Source of the DNA: Nitrospirota bacterium
GTDB taxonomy: Bacteria; Nitrospirota; UBA9217
Length of the DNA stretch: 64,000 nt
Direction of reading: 5' to 3'
Assembly (NCBI GenBank): GCA_963818475.1
Contig: CAWFSF010000006.1
Span: 1,696,001 to 1,760,000 of the forward strand
This document shows, in pieces, positions 61,495 to 64,000 of this stretch. Numbering within the stretch: the stretch's first letter is position 1; every line of letters begins with the position of its first letter. The position numbers and the translations under genes are program-made. The notes below the pieces were generated by a model, which worked only from the letters and a program-made list of their open reading frames with translations, made no database searches and was not told where the DNA came from.

Positions 61495-64000
61495 GTGAAA
61501 CACTGCTTATTGCCATACGGCAGCACCGGCTGGGCGCGGAAAAGAGAGCTCTTCGAGGAGCTCGCGGCAGCCTGTCCGGGCCCGCCGTTCCGCTTCGACC
61601 GGGTGCTGGTGCTCGTCCCCTCGTCCCGCATGACCCGTGCTTACCGGAAGCTGTTCCTCGACGCCGTTGAAAAGGCCCATGGCGCAGCAGCGCTCATCCC
61701 TCCCGTCATCCAGACGCTGCATCGCTTTCTGACCTCTCTCTCGGCGCGCGTTCCGGGCCCGGCGCTCATCGATGAGAACACCCGGCTCGTGCTGGTCGAA
61801 GGGATCGTCAAGAATTATCTCGCCGAGCGCATGCTGTTCAGCCAGAGTCCCGAGCTGCTCGCCCCGTCGCTCTCGGCGTCGCTGGCAGCCATGATCGACC
61901 AGCTCGCCCATGCAGGCATCGGTCCGGCAGAGCTCCGCGCTGCCCTGGCGCCGACGGACTCGGTTGACAAGAAGCAGGTCGTCCTGCTCATGGACATCTA
62001 CGACGCCTACGAGCGCATTCTCAGGGAGCGGAACCTGGTTGACCCTGCAGGCATGCTGTCCCATCTTGGCGGGCTTTTCGATCCTGCCTGGCTCGATCCC
62101 TATGACACGATCATCATCGACAATATTGCCGATGCCGGCGACCTCGAGGCAGGCATCCTGGCCGGGATCCTGGAGCATCGGAACTGCCGCTATATCGGTG
62201 AAGGACCGGGAGGGCTCGTAGCGCGGGCCGGGGAGTATCATCCGCTCAGGATCACGAAGGACTTCCTTGCAAAGATCAACGTCGTGCCGGGAGAGGACGG
62301 CAGTACCATGGATGGCGACAACGCGTTCCTGGCGCAGGCACTCTTCTCCGACAAAACCTTTGCAGAAATAGAACAGCAGGCACGCAGCCTTCCCTGCTTT
62401 GAAAAAACAGTACACCTGCTCTCCGCGGTTAATCCCCGTGAAGAGGTATCGTTCATTGCCGGCGAGGTCAAGAAGGCGCTCCGCGACGGGGCTGTGGCTG
62501 ATTCCCTGCTCGTTGCGTTCCCGTCGCTCGACGAGTACGGCCCGCTGGTGGAAGAGATCTTTACGGATTGCGGCATCCCCTACAACCGGGCGCTCGGCAG
62601 GCAGCTCAGCACGTCGCCGGTCACGACAGCGGCCGTCTCTCTCCTGCGCGCCTGCCACGAAGAGTTCTCCGGGCCGTCCCTGCTCCGGGTCCTCAGTTCC
62701 CCCTTTCTGAAGTTCGGAGAGAACCGCTCCCTTGCGCCTGCTCTTGACCGTTTCCTGCGCGACCAGAAGATCATGGGAGGCAAAGAGCGCCTGCTCACCG
62801 CGCTTCGATACCACCGCCCCGACGAAAGCAGCCTTGACGTGCTCAGTGGTCCGCTCTCGGACCTGTTCGCAGCTTTGGAACCCTTTTGCACTGCCCGATC
62901 CTGCCCCGCTCGCTGTCTGGATGGAGCGGCTTAACCGGCTCGTTGTCTGGTCGAAGCTTGCCTCGCGCGTGCTGCTCATCAAAGGTCCGCTCAACAGCAA
63001 CCTTCAGGCGCACAAGAAGCTGGAGGAGACCTTCGCCTCCCTGACGGCTGCCGGCAGGCTCTTCCCTGAATACCATTACACCTTCGGCGAATGGTTCTTC
63101 CTGCTGCGAAAAACGCTGATGCACGTACGGTACCAGGTACCGCCCGATGACGAGGGCGGGGTGCAGGTCCTGGGCCTCGGCGAGACCATGGGGCATGCCT
63201 GGACCGCGATCTACCTGGGCGGCCTCGTTGACACGAAATTCCCCCAGCGCCTGCCGCAGAACATCTTCCTGCCCGAGTCAACGCTCGAGCCGCTCGGGAT
63301 CCGAACGCTCGAAAAAGCGCGGCTCACCGCGTCACATCACTTCTACCGGCTGCTGCTTTCAGCGGAAAAGGTCACGCTCACCTGGCCTGAGAACGAGGGA
63401 GACCGCGCGACCGTGGCATCACCCTTCCTGTCCGAACTGACGCCGCTCAAGCGGGCAGGCCTCGTCAACCGGGGGATCGAACGGACCTCGGGCATCCAGT
63501 TCAGCCTCAAGCCTGAAGACAGCAGAAGCATCTCCGAGCTGGCAAAAGCCGTTGGCAGCAGAGGCAGGGTAGCGGGCATCGAGCAGGTCCTGAGCGCGGA
63601 TATTCCGAACATGGCTGCGATCAGAAGCGCTTACGACTTCGATCCCTCCTCAGTTGCACGGGCATTGTTATCACTGAGCAAGAAGACCTTCCGGGTCACG
63701 GAGCTGGACGACTACCTCCAGTGCCCTTACGATTACTATGTCAAACATGTTCTCCGGCTTAAGCCCCTTGAGGAAGTGACCGAGGACATCTCCCCCCTGG
63801 ACCGGGGCAGCACCGTACATGGCATCCTGCATAGCTTCTACAAGGAATGGGACAGGCCCGTTACTGCTGAGAGCAGGAACGAAGCGGCAGGCGCTGCTCC
63901 GAAAACTAGCCGATACTGCCTATGACCGCGCCCTGGTGGCCGACACCTTCCGCAACCGCCGCGACCAGCAGCTCTTTCTCACCGTTATCGCGGAGCGCTT
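61495..64000 (+). CDS. AddB/RexB-like inactive-helicase plus PD-(D/E)xK nuclease subunit; frameshifts; runs off the right edge
   Basis: LVLVPS, REEV, SPFL, YLQCPYDYY..HVLRL and RGSTVHGILH motifs. Confidence 0.8.

Overview
Bacterial chromosomal window with a GC-rich core and AT-rich islands. Gene content suggests an anaerobic Nitrospirota/Desulfobacterota-like organism (inference only). Many single-base indels split conserved genes (glnE, rnr, selA, selB, cobS and others), most simply explained as uncorrected long-read errors. 1-23.5 kb holds three paralogous Hyf/Ehr-type membrane complexes: two in tandem on the minus strand and one divergent on the plus strand behind a MarR gene. Both large subunits visible here lack the NiFe-binding cysteines. 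These operons are interrupted by a vapBC pair, a four-helix-bundle gene framed by heptamer-repeat arms that carry their own RBS, and an IS1202-family IS with a 16-bp target duplication. Two AT-rich islands (26.2-28.1 kb and 49.6-54.3 kb) contain integron attC-like sites with no integrase in the window. The second has five phased palindromic boxes upstream and ends in a secreted protein with a beta-defensin-like cysteine pattern. The rest is housekeeping: B12 radical SAM, TauE, glnE, rnr, selAB, a PEPCK-like protein, carbonic anhydrase, a Kef-type antiporter, hemerythrin, cobUTSC, tRNA-Gly, thioredoxins, a ferredoxin and an AddB-like nuclease. Intergenic spaces carry at least 12 palindromes built from 9-mer units, plus GTAG-type REP doublets and one nested stack of repeats. 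All calls come from reading motifs by eye; no database searches were run.
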